Positions 34,108 to 44,066 of a stretch of 48,283 nucleotides of DNA are shown piece after piece (positions within the stretch are counted from its first letter, which is position 1; each line of letters begins with the position of its first letter). The translations under genes were made by a program, and so were the position numbers. The notes under the pieces are model-generated. The model saw only the letters and a program-made list of their open reading frames with translations. It was not told where the DNA came from and ran no database searches. This DNA comes from Nanobdellota archaeon (lineage in GTDB: Archaea; Nanobdellota; Nanobdellia; Pacearchaeales; GW2011-AR1), in contig JAUSIC010000003.1 of NCBI GenBank assembly GCA_030648285.1, positions 1-48,283 on the forward strand. The letters run 5' to 3'.

Positions 34108-35991
34108 ATGAAAGCACTCATACTTGCAGGGGGCAGAGGCAAAAGATTAGATGATTGGACTGAAAACAAGAATAAAAGCATGATTAAACTTTTTGAAAAA
34201 CCAATCATAGAGTATAACCTTGAACATGCAATAGAAGCAGGAGTCAAAGAGATAATCATAGTTATTGGTTATAAAGGAGAAGAAATAAAAAGAGCTTTTG
34301 GAAAAGAATACAAGGGAATTCCAATAAAGTATATTCTTCAGAAAGAGCAGAGAGGAGTAATACATGCAATAGAATGTGCAAGACACACAATAGGAGATTC
34401 TGATTTTTTGCTGATGCTCGCAGATGAAATTGTTCCTGAATCAAAAATAAAAGAGATGGCTAAAAAATTCAGGAAAGAAAATTTATTTGCTATATGTGGA
34501 ATAATAAATGAAAAACAGACAGCAAGCATAGGCAAAACTTATTCTGCAATGGTCAATGAAAAAAACAGGGTGTTTAGACTGATTGAAAAACCAAAAGTAG
34601 TAATCAACAAGATAAAAGGAACAGGACACTGCATTCTCAAGAATGACATGCTTAACTACCTTGAGAGAACTCCTATCAATGCAAACAGAGGAGAAAGAGA
34701 ATTAGTTGACTGGATTCAAGTGGCTGTTGATGATGGAAAAGAAGTTTATGTTTATCCAATAAGTAGAATTGGATATGTAAATGTAAATACAAAAGAAGAT
34801 TATGATTTAGCAAAAGAACTTTTAAGAAAATCAAATCCAAAAGTTTTGATTGTTCATACACAGATGAAATTCTTAGGAGGGGCAGAATTATTGATAGTTG
34901 AATTATGCAACTGGCTTACAAAGAATGGAGTAAAAAATGATATTCTAGCATTATCCAAATCAAAAGAAGTTGAAAACTCTCTTATTGATACAGAGATAAT
35001 AATTCCCAAACATAACATTAATTTGCAACCTCCTGGATTCAAAAATACAGGAGAAGTTATACAATTCATTAAAATTTACAGAAAGAAACTGAAAAAAATA
35101 TTAAAAAATTATGATGTAATTAATTTTCATAATTTTCCTGTTACCTGGACTCTTTTTCCAAGAAAAAAACCTTGTGTCTGGATGCTGAATGAACCTCCAA
35201 ATTTATGGAGCAAGCCAAATGCAGGATTATTGCTAAAAACACTAAACAAAACAAGAAACTGGCTTGATAAATTCATAATCAAGAAGAGTGTAGATATAAT
35301 CTGCACTGCTGATGAATTCAATAAGACAAGAGCAGAAAAAAGATACAAAAAAAGTTCAAGGATAATATATTACGGAGTTAATCATGATTTTTTTTCTAAA
35401 GGAAAAGCTGAAAGAGCAATTAAAAAATTCAACTTGAAGAATAATTTTGTTGTTCTCCAATCAGGAATGATTATTGATACTAAAAACCAGTTGGAGAGTG
35501 TCAAAACAATAAAAAAAGTAAAAGAAAGTATTCCAAATGTTCTTTTATTGTTAGCAGGAAAGGTTGCTGATGAAAAATACAAAAAAATAATTGAGGATTA
35601 TATCAAAGAAAATAATTTAGAAAAAAATGTTTTATTCACAGGAAATTTATCAAGAGAAGAATTGAGAGACTTATACAAAGCAAGTGATGTTGGCTTGTTC
35701 CCTGTTGGAAAACAAGGAGGATGGTTGGCTCCATTTGAAATGCTTTGTTCTGGAAATCCTGTTATTGTTTCAGAAGAGATGGGTGCTGCTTCTTTGATAA
35801 AAAATTTCAATCTAGGGGTTGTTACAAAAGATTATGCAAGTTCCTTGCTAGAGGTTCATAAAAACAAGAAGGATTATGTGAAACAAGCAAAAGAGGCTTC
35901 ATTATTCATAAAAAAGAATTTATCTTGGAAAATATTTACAGATAAAATGATTAAAGCTTATAAGGATGCACTGGGAAAGGAAAAATATTAA
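34108..35991 (+). CDS. Sugar-1-phosphate nucleotidyltransferase fused to GT4 glycosyltransferase
   Basis: N-terminal LAGGRGKRL...K and EKP motifs; C-terminal GGAE, GV, KNQ, FTG, E...G.PVI GT-B motifs; ATG 34108 fits TATA spacing. Confidence 0.9.
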   Translation: MKALILAGGRGKRLDDWTENKNKSMIKLFEKPIIEYNLEHAIEAGVKEIIIVIGYKGEEIKRAFGKEYKGIPIKYILQKEQRGVIHAIECARHTIGDSDFLLMLADEIVPESKIKEMAKKFRKENLFAICGIINEKQTASIGKTYSAMVNEKNRVFRLIEKPKVVINKIKGTGHCILKNDMLNYLERTPINANRGERELVDWIQVAVDDGKEVYVYPISRIGYVNVNTKEDYDLAKELLRKSNPKVLIVHTQMKFLGGAELLIVELCNWLTKNGVKNDILALSKSKEVENSLIDTEIIIPKHNINLQPPGFKNTGEVIQFIKIYRKKLKKILKNYDVINFHNFPVTWTLFPRKKPCVWMLNEPPNLWSKPNAGLLLKTLNKTRNWLDKFIIKKSVDIICTADEFNKTRAEKRYKKSSRIIYYGVNHDFFSKGKAERAIKKFNLKNNFVVLQSGMIIDTKNQLESVKTIKKVKESIPNVLLLLAGKVADEKYKKIIEDYIKENNLEKNVLFTGNLSREELRDLYKASDVGLFPVGKQGGWLAPFEMLCSGNPVIVSEEMGAASLIKNFNLGVVTKDYASSLLEVHKNKKDYVKQAKEASLFIKKNLSWKIFTDKMIKAYKDALGKEKY

Positions 35992-36147
35992 TTACTCTTT
36001 TAACTTTGCTACTCCTAACCTTAATCTTATTGCTTCTGAGATGAATTCAGCTCTTGAACGATAACCCTCTTTTGACTTTTCCATATATTTATCTATCATT
36101 TTAGCTAAATCTTCTGTAATAGAGATATTAACATATCTTACTCTCAT
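35992..36147 (-). CDS. Ribbon-helix-helix (CopG/NikR-like) transcription regulator (51 aa)
   Basis: MRVRYVNISITEDLAKMIDKY...GYRSRAEFISEAIR; start reassigned to 36147. Confidence 0.88.
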   Translation of the reverse strand: MRVRYVNISITEDLAKMIDKYMEKSKEGYRSRAEFISEAIRLRLGVAKLKE

Positions 36148-36182
36148 CAAGTACAGGTAGTGGAAAGATTTATTAACTTTTT

Positions 36183-36200
36183 TCACGCACATATGCGTGA
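36183..36200. promoter_or_regulatory. Inverted repeat TCACGCA-N4-TGCGTGA, candidate operator
   Basis: Perfect 7-bp arms next to TATA-like TTTATTAA (36169-36176) between the RHH gene and a divergent methyltransferase. Confidence 0.6.
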
Positions 36201-36868
36201 TGAATAGAGTGCTAAGAGGAAAATTTGTAACCCTAAAACATTTTATAATGAAAATTTTGAATATTTTTGAGTATGAGATTCTATCTAATTTAAATGGATA
36301 TAAAATAAGAAAATTGCACAGACCTTCTTTGATGTTTGTCAAAGAAAAATTAGGCAAGGATTTAGTAGTTGCAGAAGTCGGTGTGTGGAAAGGGGAAAAT
36401 GCAGAAGATATGTTAAAATACCTTCCCATAAAAAAAATTTATTTAATTGACCCTTGGGACTTGGATGTTGAAGAGGGAGCAAAAAATATAGAAAATTTAA
36501 CAGATAACATTAATGAAGAAGAGATGAGACAGGCAGAAAGAGAGACAATAAAGAGAATGTCTAAGTTTAAAGATAAAGTAGTAATCATAAGAAAATCATC
36601 TACAGAAGCACTAAAAGATATTAAGGACAAATTGGATTTTGTTTATATGGATATATTTGGTGCTAGGAAAGATAAGGGAATAAGAAAAGAAATAGAAAAT
36701 TATTATAAAAAATTAAAAAAAGGAGGGATAATTGCAGGAGACGATATTGATAATGGAAAGTCTGGAAGTTTGGGTAATGGCGTTCCAAATGCAGTCTCGA
36801 GATTTGCAACAGAGAACAATTTAGATTTGTTTATCAATAAAAGAGACTGGTGGTGTATTAAAAAATAG
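36200..36868 (+). CDS. Class I SAM-dependent methyltransferase (Methyltransf_24-like)
   Basis: AEVGVWKG, LIDPW, LDFVYMD, LKKGGIIAGDD motifs; start uncertain (36197, 36200 or 36248). Confidence 0.85.
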   Translation: MNRVLRGKFVTLKHFIMKILNIFEYEILSNLNGYKIRKLHRPSLMFVKEKLGKDLVVAEVGVWKGENAEDMLKYLPIKKIYLIDPWDLDVEEGAKNIENLTDNINEEEMRQAERETIKRMSKFKDKVVIIRKSSTEALKDIKDKLDFVYMDIFGARKDKGIRKEIENYYKKLKKGGIIAGDDIDNGKSGSLGNGVPNAVSRFATENNLDLFINKRDWWCIKK

Positions 36869-37988
36869 GGTTTCTCAATTCATAAGCAGGACAATGACTA
36901 CAGGCAGGAGAAAACTTGTTCTGCCTTATTGCTTTTCTCATTGCCTTGTATCTTGGAGAATACCAGATTTCTCTGAATGGTTTTTCCAAAGCGTTTCCTA
37001 AAGATAATTTCTTTTGCCAGTCTCTCTGATTGTCTTCATTCTGGGCACAGCAAGGAGTAACATGTCCTGTGACAAAAATAAACGGCATGATATATTCCTT
37101 GCAATTATTTATTGAAGGTTTTCTTTCTAATCCTTCTGAATCCTGCTTTGCAGCCATGTTAACTGTGACTGGAATTTTATATTTTTGTGCTCTTTCTCTG
37201 ACCATGCGAACATATGATTCATCTATTTCTACTGCATATTTTTCTGCTTCTTTGTAATTATGCAACATAGGAGTTATTAGAACTTCTCCAATATCTGTAT
37301 TAAGAGAATGAATAAAATCTAAAAATTGTAAAACTTCCTCTTTAGAATCCTTTGTTATAATGTAATGGAAACTCAAAATTGGGAACCTTGCTTTCATTTG
37401 TTTCTTAATTTGAACAAATTTTCTTATATTTTTTTCAATCAACTCATAATTGCTTCCACGACAAACTTTTTCAAAGCTTTTTTTTGTAGCCCCATAAGTA
37501 GAAATGAACTGGAAATCAGGGCCAATCTTAATTAATTCTTTTATTTCCTTGTCATCTTTAAAATGAGCAAAATGGTCAAAGACTTCTATTATTGTTCCTT
37601 TTGATTTTGCATAAGCCATCATCTTATGATAATCTTTGTTGAGATAAGAACTTCCTATTCCTGTTAATCCAAGCCACTTTGGTTTTCCATAACCATCAAA
37701 TATTTTTTTGAATTGTTCAAAAGTTATATTTTTAGAAGGTTCTTTCCAATAACTATGCTCACAGCAGACGCATTTGAAGTTGCAGACAGTTGTTGGTTCT
37801 ATTTCCAAGAAAGGAGGAAACAAATCAATTCCTAATTTAGGCAAGAATTTGTTCAAAAGAAAAGATGCTGTTTTCCTGTTCCACCATAAAGGATAAACCC
37901 AGAACATATTGTAAATTTCCCTGAACCTGCCTGCCAATATGAAGTTAGAAAATAATCTCAGTTTATGAGAAAGAGACATTGTTGGCAT
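36858..37988 (-). CDS. Radical SAM protein with SPASM/twitch domain
   Basis: EPTTVCNFKCVCC; C-terminal C...G.VTPCC...LGN..IW..C..C. Confidence 0.9.
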   Translation of the reverse strand: MPTMSLSHKLRLFSNFILAGRFREIYNMFWVYPLWWNRKTASFLLNKFLPKLGIDLFPPFLEIEPTTVCNFKCVCCEHSYWKEPSKNITFEQFKKIFDGYGKPKWLGLTGIGSSYLNKDYHKMMAYAKSKGTIIEVFDHFAHFKDDKEIKELIKIGPDFQFISTYGATKKSFEKVCRGSNYELIEKNIRKFVQIKKQMKARFPILSFHYIITKDSKEEVLQFLDFIHSLNTDIGEVLITPMLHNYKEAEKYAVEIDESYVRMVRERAQKYKIPVTVNMAAKQDSEGLERKPSINNCKEYIMPFIFVTGHVTPCCAQNEDNQRDWQKKLSLGNALEKPFREIWYSPRYKAMRKAIRQNKFSPACSHCPAYELRNPIF

Positions 37989-38019
37989 TTGTGGAAAAGA
38001 TAAAACCGATTTATAAAGA

Positions 38020-38826
38020 TTATTCTAAATAATGATTATCTTTCAAAGTTCTTACAAAATTCGTTGTTGAATCATAAATTGGACCATAGAATCTATTTAA
38101 TTCATCTAATTCTCCCACAACTCTTTCAACATATCTATGAGGAATAGCAAAATGATGTGCTTCTACTCCATGAATTCTTTGATTTTGTATATCTTTCTTT
38201 ACTTCTGATTCAAACTCGATTACTTCTTCTAAACTTCTTTCAACATGAAATCTAGATAAATCATCAAAAAATCCAAAACTGAATAATGGCTGAGGAATTT
38301 TTCCTGCTTTCATGAATGGAAAAATACCAAGAGCAATACCATTTCCTGGAAATTGCCTAAAATTCTCTAAACCTGTTTCTTGCTGCAGTTCTAATGCTGC
38401 TGTTACTGAAGGATGCTGTCCATAAATACCCATACCTGCTGCAGCTGCTTGAAATGCAAAGGGGGTAGAAACATCTTTTCCTCTCATGTGAAATAAAAAA
38501 CTCTTTGTTTTTGGATCATAACAGTTTACTAACACTCCTGTAATAGGGCCTACAAAATCAGGATATTCTGCTAAAACTTTTGCAGAAGGGTATAATTTTG
38601 GAACTTCATACAAAACAACATTTCCTGTTGTAGCTCTGTCAATCTCAAAGATTCCTTGTTGTAGATGAGAACCTTTCCCTACCGCTCCTGTAGAAATCAT
38701 CTCTTTATTTATTTCATACCATAACTGTGTAGACAAGGGAGGCATATTAGGACATATTGTAATAGAAAAATTATCTTTAACTGTTCCACAGAATTCCAAC
38801 ATGTCTTGTTCTGTTTGAATCTTCAT
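38020..38826 (-). CDS. Nudix-fold-like protein with degenerate Nudix box
   Basis: FLFHMRG...AAGMGIYGQHPSVTAALELQQETGL resembles GX5EX7REUXEEXGU. Confidence 0.55.
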   Translation of the reverse strand: MKIQTEQDMLEFCGTVKDNFSITICPNMPPLSTQLWYEINKEMISTGAVGKGSHLQQGIFEIDRATTGNVVLYEVPKLYPSAKVLAEYPDFVGPITGVLVNCYDPKTKSFLFHMRGKDVSTPFAFQAAAAGMGIYGQHPSVTAALELQQETGLENFRQFPGNGIALGIFPFMKAGKIPQPLFSFGFFDDLSRFHVERSLEEVIEFESEVKKDIQNQRIHGVEAHHFAIPHRYVERVVGELDELNRFYGPIYDSTTNFVRTLKDNHYLE

Positions 38827-38926
38827 AAAATTTCATATAAAAATTACTTAAAAAGATATCTGTCTTTTATTATATAAGTGATAATATTACATAAATTCTT
38901 TTAAACTTAAATCATGATTATTTTTT

Positions 38927-39970
38927 ATGCCAAAGGTCTTAGTTACAGGAGGATGCGGTTTTTTAGGAAGTCATATCTGTGAATTATTCAAAAAAAGAGG
39001 ATGGGATGTTATTGCTTATGATAACATGACTACTTATGAATTCAAGAAAAATGCTTACATGAAACCAGAATCAAGATATCACAACCAGAGATTATTAGAA
39101 GACCTTGGTGTGAAAGTTGTAATTGAAGATGTGAGAGACAAAGAGACTCTGTTTCTATGGACAGAAGGGTGTGATTACATTTGCCATACTGCTGCTCAGC
39201 CAACAATGACTTTAAGCTGGGAAGAACCAGAAAGAGATTTTACAACTAATGTTATAGGAACATTCAATGTTTTGGAAGCTGCAAGAAAGTTTAACATTCC
39301 TGTAGTTTCTTGTAATTCAATTCATTGCTATGGGCCAGATAAAATTAATTCTGAAATAACTGAAAGAGAAACAAGATTTGTCAGAGAACCTGTTGCAATT
39401 GATGAAAATGAACCCTTATTGCAAGGGGTTGTGACTCCTCTGCACGCATCAAAAACTTCTGCTGAAAATTACATAAGGTGCTACATAGACACATTCAAAT
39501 TAAAGGCAGCAAGCTTCAGACTTACTGGAATTTATGGTCCTAATCAGTTCGGTGGAGAAGACCATGGATGGGTTGCGAATTTTGCTATTCGTAATATTTT
39601 AGAAATGCCTTTGACAATTTTTGGAGCAGGAAAACAATTAAGAGATATTTTATATGCGACAGATGTCGCAGAAGCTTTTTGGTGTTTTTACCAGAATCCT
39701 GTTTCAGGAATTTACAATATCGGCGGAGGAGGAAAAACCATGATTTCTTTATTGGAGTGCATTGAACTAATTGAAAAAATAACAGGAAAAAAATCAGATT
39801 TAAGATTCGGCAAAGACAGATTTGGAGACTTGAGGTATTATGTTTCAGATATCTCAAAAGCAAAAAAATATCTAAAATGGGAACCAAAAGTCATGCCTGA
39901 AGAAGGCATTCAAAAATTGATAGACTGGATTAAGAAGAATGAGAATTTGTTCATTAAAAATCTCAATTAA
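38927..39970 (+). CDS. NAD-dependent epimerase/dehydratase (CDP-tyvelose epimerase-like extended SDR)
   Basis: TGGCGFLG, HTAAQ, YGPNQFGGEDHGWV, G.GKQLRD motifs. Confidence 0.9.
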   Translation: MPKVLVTGGCGFLGSHICELFKKRGWDVIAYDNMTTYEFKKNAYMKPESRYHNQRLLEDLGVKVVIEDVRDKETLFLWTEGCDYICHTAAQPTMTLSWEEPERDFTTNVIGTFNVLEAARKFNIPVVSCNSIHCYGPDKINSEITERETRFVREPVAIDENEPLLQGVVTPLHASKTSAENYIRCYIDTFKLKAASFRLTGIYGPNQFGGEDHGWVANFAIRNILEMPLTIFGAGKQLRDILYATDVAEAFWCFYQNPVSGIYNIGGGGKTMISLLECIELIEKITGKKSDLRFGKDRFGDLRYYVSDISKAKKYLKWEPKVMPEEGIQKLIDWIKKNENLFIKNLN

Positions 39971-40001
39971 TTTTATAAATTGAAGAATTACTTAGAAAAT
40001 T

Positions 40002-41528
40002 ATGAAAAAGAATAAAATACTGTTCTTGAAGGCAAGAACAGGTATGGATGACCCTTCTCCTCCTATGTCATTTAGTTTTCTTGGACGCATTGCAGAAGAA
40101 GAAGGTTTTGAAGTTCTTGTTGAAAATTTAAATGCGCAGTATAATGAAAAGACAAACGAAGATATTGTGGAATTGATAAAAAAAGAAGAACCGACAATTG
40201 TGGGAGTTCATATCTTCACTAATGCTGCAAAGTATTCTTATGAATTAATGAAAAAAATTAAGCCTTATTGCAAATTATTGATTGTTGGGGGTCCACACCC
40301 GACAATATGTCCTGAAGAAACACTTGAAATGGGAGCAGACGTTGCCTTTGTTGGAGAAGCAGAAATTTCGTTCAGAAAATTCTTAAAAAATATAAAGGGC
40401 AACAAAAGCCTGAAAAATTTAAAGGGAATTGTATTTCAAGATAATAAAAAGATAATAAAAACAGGAAAAGAAGAAGTAATTTTTGATTTGGACAAAATTC
40501 CAATACCAGATAAAAGGTTTAACAGAAAATCTGATTATATAAAAATAAAAGATGAGATAAATAATTTTGGGCAGATTTTATCCACAAGGGGATGTCCTGG
40601 GAGATGCACATATTGTTTTTCTCTGTTCAGCAAATGTTACAGATATATGTCTGCTCAGAAAGTTTTTGAGGAGATAATGGATTTGAAAAAGACTTATGGA
40701 ATAAACTTCATTAACTTTATTGATGATGCATTTACAATCAACAAGGAAAGGCTTATTGAACTCTGTGATTTGCTCATGGGTAAAAACATTGAATGGTCTT
40801 GTGCAACAAGGGTTGATTTTCTTAATAAAGAATTAATAATTAAAATGGGAAAAGCAGGTTGCAAAATGATAAACTTCGGAGTTGAAAGCGCGCTTCCAGA
40901 GACATTATTGAAAATGAAAAAAACAGCCAATCCAAAATGGTATGTTGAGCACACAGATAATCTTTTAAAATGGTGTTATGAAGAAAAAATAAGAGTTGCT
41001 GTGAATATTTTAACTGGATTTCCCTGGGAAACAGCAGAAGGCATGAAAGAAATGCAAAAATACATCAATAAAACAAAAAAATATGTGACTTCTGGATTTT
41101 ATGGGGGAATTCTTCAACCACAGCCAGGCACAGAGATGTATACAGAATATGCAAAAGAATATGGTTTTGAAAAATGGTGGCTTCAAAAAAGATCTATATT
41201 CAAAGATGATTACAGGCCTTTTTTCATGGCATATTATCACCAATATTGGGATCATCTTCAAAATAATTTTTTCAATTTTGATAAAGACAAATTCAGGGAA
41301 ATAGACAAGCTTTACAAACTAATGGGGAAATGGAACCTCTACATTTTTACCAAGAGAAGATTTAAGAATCCATTCATAATTCAATTTATTTATCAGGGGT
41401 TATTTCTTTTAAGCAATATTTCAATAATACTATACAAATTATCTCCAAGATTAGAAAAAAGAATACTAGAGAGAATTAAAAAATTTGGTTACAAGTTTAA
41501 GTTTAGAAAAGGAAGTGAAGAATTATGA
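40002..41528 (+). CDS. B12-binding radical SAM protein
   Basis: GGPHPT, GEAE, TRGCPGRCTYC, DDAF, FGVES, GFPWET motifs. Confidence 0.93.
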   Translation: MKKNKILFLKARTGMDDPSPPMSFSFLGRIAEEEGFEVLVENLNAQYNEKTNEDIVELIKKEEPTIVGVHIFTNAAKYSYELMKKIKPYCKLLIVGGPHPTICPEETLEMGADVAFVGEAEISFRKFLKNIKGNKSLKNLKGIVFQDNKKIIKTGKEEVIFDLDKIPIPDKRFNRKSDYIKIKDEINNFGQILSTRGCPGRCTYCFSLFSKCYRYMSAQKVFEEIMDLKKTYGINFINFIDDAFTINKERLIELCDLLMGKNIEWSCATRVDFLNKELIIKMGKAGCKMINFGVESALPETLLKMKKTANPKWYVEHTDNLLKWCYEEKIRVAVNILTGFPWETAEGMKEMQKYINKTKKYVTSGFYGGILQPQPGTEMYTEYAKEYGFEKWWLQKRSIFKDDYRPFFMAYYHQYWDHLQNNFFNFDKDKFREIDKLYKLMGKWNLYIFTKRRFKNPFIIQFIYQGLFLLSNISIILYKLSPRLEKRILERIKKFGYKFKFRKGSEEL

Positions 41529-42907
41529 CAAGATTAGTTTTAGTCAATGCTGGGAAAAATTATGAATATGGGGTTCATGAACCAATAAACTTGCTATGTC
41601 TAGCAGCTTACGCAAAAAAATTTGGGCATGAGGTCTTCATAGCAGACCAGCTTGCAGGAGAAAATGTTTTCAGAAAAATAAAAAAACTTAACCCTGATTT
41701 TGTAGGGATAACAGGAACAACTGCAGTCATAACTGATGCATACGAAATAGCAGACTGGTGCAGAAAAGAAAAATATAAAGTAATCTTGGGCGGAGTACAT
41801 GTCAGTGTCATGCCTGAAGAAGCATTAAGACATGGAGATTTTGTTGTTGCAGGAGAAGGAGAAGATGCATTAATAAAAATACTTGAAGGAAAAGCAAAAA
41901 AAGGCATTGTAACAGGAAAAGTAATAGAAGATTTAGATTCTTTGCCTAAGATTGACAGGAGCATGATAAATATGAGATACTATCAAGCAGGAAAAGATAG
42001 AAATCCTGGCTCTCATCTTCATTTTGTTCCCTCAAATACAAAACTCAATTCAATGCTCTCAACAAGAGGTTGCCCTTATAATTGCATTTTTTGCCATAAC
42101 AGCTGGAGAGGGCTTAGAGTTAGAATAAATTCTGCTAAACATATAATAGAAGAAATGAAAGATTTGAAAGAAAAATATGGAACAGAAGCAATTTTTTTCA
42201 TGGACGATGATTTGCTATTTAATAAAAAAAGGGTTTACGAGTTCTGTGAATTATACAAGAAAGAAAAACTCAATATAATCTGGGGTTGCTCTGCAAGCGT
42301 GAATTCAGTTGATGAAGAGATTTTAAGAGCCATAAAAGAGATAAATTGCAAGCAGATAATGTTCGGGCTTGAATCTGGAAATGAAAGAATCTTAAAAATG
42401 TTAAAAAATGGGATTGCAACAATAGAAAAAAACAAAAGTGCAATTCTCCTTGCAAAAAAAGTAGGGATATTTGCTACAGGAAATTTCATGATAGGAAATC
42501 CTACTGAAACAGAAGTAGAAGTTATGGATTCAAAGAGGTTTATTATAGAAAATGACTTGGAAGGATTTGGAGTAACTATATCCACACCATTACCGGGGAC
42601 AAAGTTATGGGACATGTTTAAAGAACAAGGAGCAATTCCTAAAGATATAGACTGGAGAAAGTTCAATACAAATAAATTAACATTCAATTTAAGCAAAATA
42701 TCAAATGAAAGATTAGACGAACTATGGAGGGAATTCTTGAACCTTACTCTTGAAAGAAATGCACAAACCTCCCCAAAAAGATTATTAAAAGTTGCATTAA
42801 AACATCCTGACAAAGCAATCAGAAGATTCATCTATAATCCTAAATCTGTATTAGTTCTGGTAAAAAAGATGTTTAAACAAAAGTATGAAAAAAATAAAAA
42901 TAATTGA
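41525..42907 (+). CDS. B12-binding radical SAM protein
   Basis: GGVH, GEGE, TRGCPYNCIFC, FGLESG, FMIGNPTET motifs. Confidence 0.93.
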   Translation: MTRLVLVNAGKNYEYGVHEPINLLCLAAYAKKFGHEVFIADQLAGENVFRKIKKLNPDFVGITGTTAVITDAYEIADWCRKEKYKVILGGVHVSVMPEEALRHGDFVVAGEGEDALIKILEGKAKKGIVTGKVIEDLDSLPKIDRSMINMRYYQAGKDRNPGSHLHFVPSNTKLNSMLSTRGCPYNCIFCHNSWRGLRVRINSAKHIIEEMKDLKEKYGTEAIFFMDDDLLFNKKRVYEFCELYKKEKLNIIWGCSASVNSVDEEILRAIKEINCKQIMFGLESGNERILKMLKNGIATIEKNKSAILLAKKVGIFATGNFMIGNPTETEVEVMDSKRFIIENDLEGFGVTISTPLPGTKLWDMFKEQGAIPKDIDWRKFNTNKLTFNLSKISNERLDELWREFLNLTLERNAQTSPKRLLKVALKHPDKAIRRFIYNPKSVLVLVKKMFKQKYEKNKNN

Positions 42908-44066
42908 AATTTCTCATTCTTCTGAGTCTTATTCTTTAGGAGAAGGTGAAAAAGAACTGAAAAAACTTGTCATAAATGACTGGCCTGCAAGAGTTTCTAA
43001 ACAAATAAAGAAATTTTATCCTGAAATTGAAGTTGAATGCTGGGCTCCTGAAAAGATATACAAGGAAGAAAAGAGATTCCAAGAATTTGGAGTATTATTC
43101 AAGTTTTTTCCAACTACTTTTGCTTTGAGATATGCAATGGATTTTTCAATTCCAATGATAAAGGAACTAAAAAAAGAAGTTGAGAAAAGCAAAAAAGAAA
43201 ATTACAAATTAATTATTCATTTCCACGAGATTCATAACATTCATGGTTTAACAATAGCTACATTGTTCAAGAATGAAAATGTGATTGTCCAGCATCATGG
43301 GGGAAGCAATCCAATGAAGCATCTCAAGGGAGCAAGAATGAAAAAATTTCTTTTTCCTTTATTACTTTTTGGACAATTATGGGAAAACAAGGTTTTGAAG
43401 AATATAAAATATTATTACACTCTAAGCGATTATGAGAAGATATATTTGAAAAAAACAGCTCCAAATTCAAGGCTGAAATTTCAAACAATGGGTATTGAAG
43501 AAGAATATTTTAAAAATACAGACAAAAAGGTTGCAAGAATAAAATTGAAATTGCCTAAAGATAAAAAAATAATTCTTTTCATAGGAAAAGTTGACAGGAT
43601 AAAAGGAATGGATTTATTATTAGAGGCTATGAAAGATTTGAGAGACATAGAATTGAAAATAATTGGATTCGGACCTCAAGAACCAATATTCAAAAAATAT
43701 GTGAAAGAAAATAATTTAGATAATGTGGAATTTTTAGGCGGTGTTTTTGGAGAAAAGAAAATGTTATATCTAAGCAGTGCTGATGCTTTTGTCCTTCCTT
43801 CAAGAAGAGAAGGAGCACCTGTTACTGTAATGGAAGCATTATCAAGAAATACTCCTGTTGTTGTAAGCGATGTTGGAGGGGTTAAGCTAATGATAGAGAA
43901 CAACAGAGAAGGAATAATAATAAGACAGAACAATGTGAAAGACATTGTAAATGCATTAAGAAAAATTTTAAGATGGAAAAAGAAAAATGTGAGGCAATAT
44001 GCAAGAAAATATGAATGGAAAAAAATAATTGATGAAACTGTAAGAGATTACAATGAAATTAAATAA
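42885..44066 (+). CDS. GT4 glycosyltransferase
   Basis: FIGK....KG, FVLPSRREG.P...MEA...PVV.SDVGG motifs. Confidence 0.93.
   Translation: MKKIKIIEISHSSESYSLGEGEKELKKLVINDWPARVSKQIKKFYPEIEVECWAPEKIYKEEKRFQEFGVLFKFFPTTFALRYAMDFSIPMIKELKKEVEKSKKENYKLIIHFHEIHNIHGLTIATLFKNENVIVQHHGGSNPMKHLKGARMKKFLFPLLLFGQLWENKVLKNIKYYYTLSDYEKIYLKKTAPNSRLKFQTMGIEEEYFKNTDKKVARIKLKLPKDKKIILFIGKVDRIKGMDLLLEAMKDLRDIELKIIGFGPQEPIFKKYVKENNLDNVEFLGGVFGEKKMLYLSSADAFVLPSRREGAPVTVMEALSRNTPVVVSDVGGVKLMIENNREGIIIRQNNVKDIVNALRKILRWKKKNVRQYARKYEWKKIIDETVRDYNEIK

Noticed and set aside
36148-36429. N-terminal 94 aa of the 145-aa minus-strand ORF
   Set aside because: It overlaps the divergent methyltransferase and promoter; the RHH domain begins at ATG 36147 with proper TATA spacing
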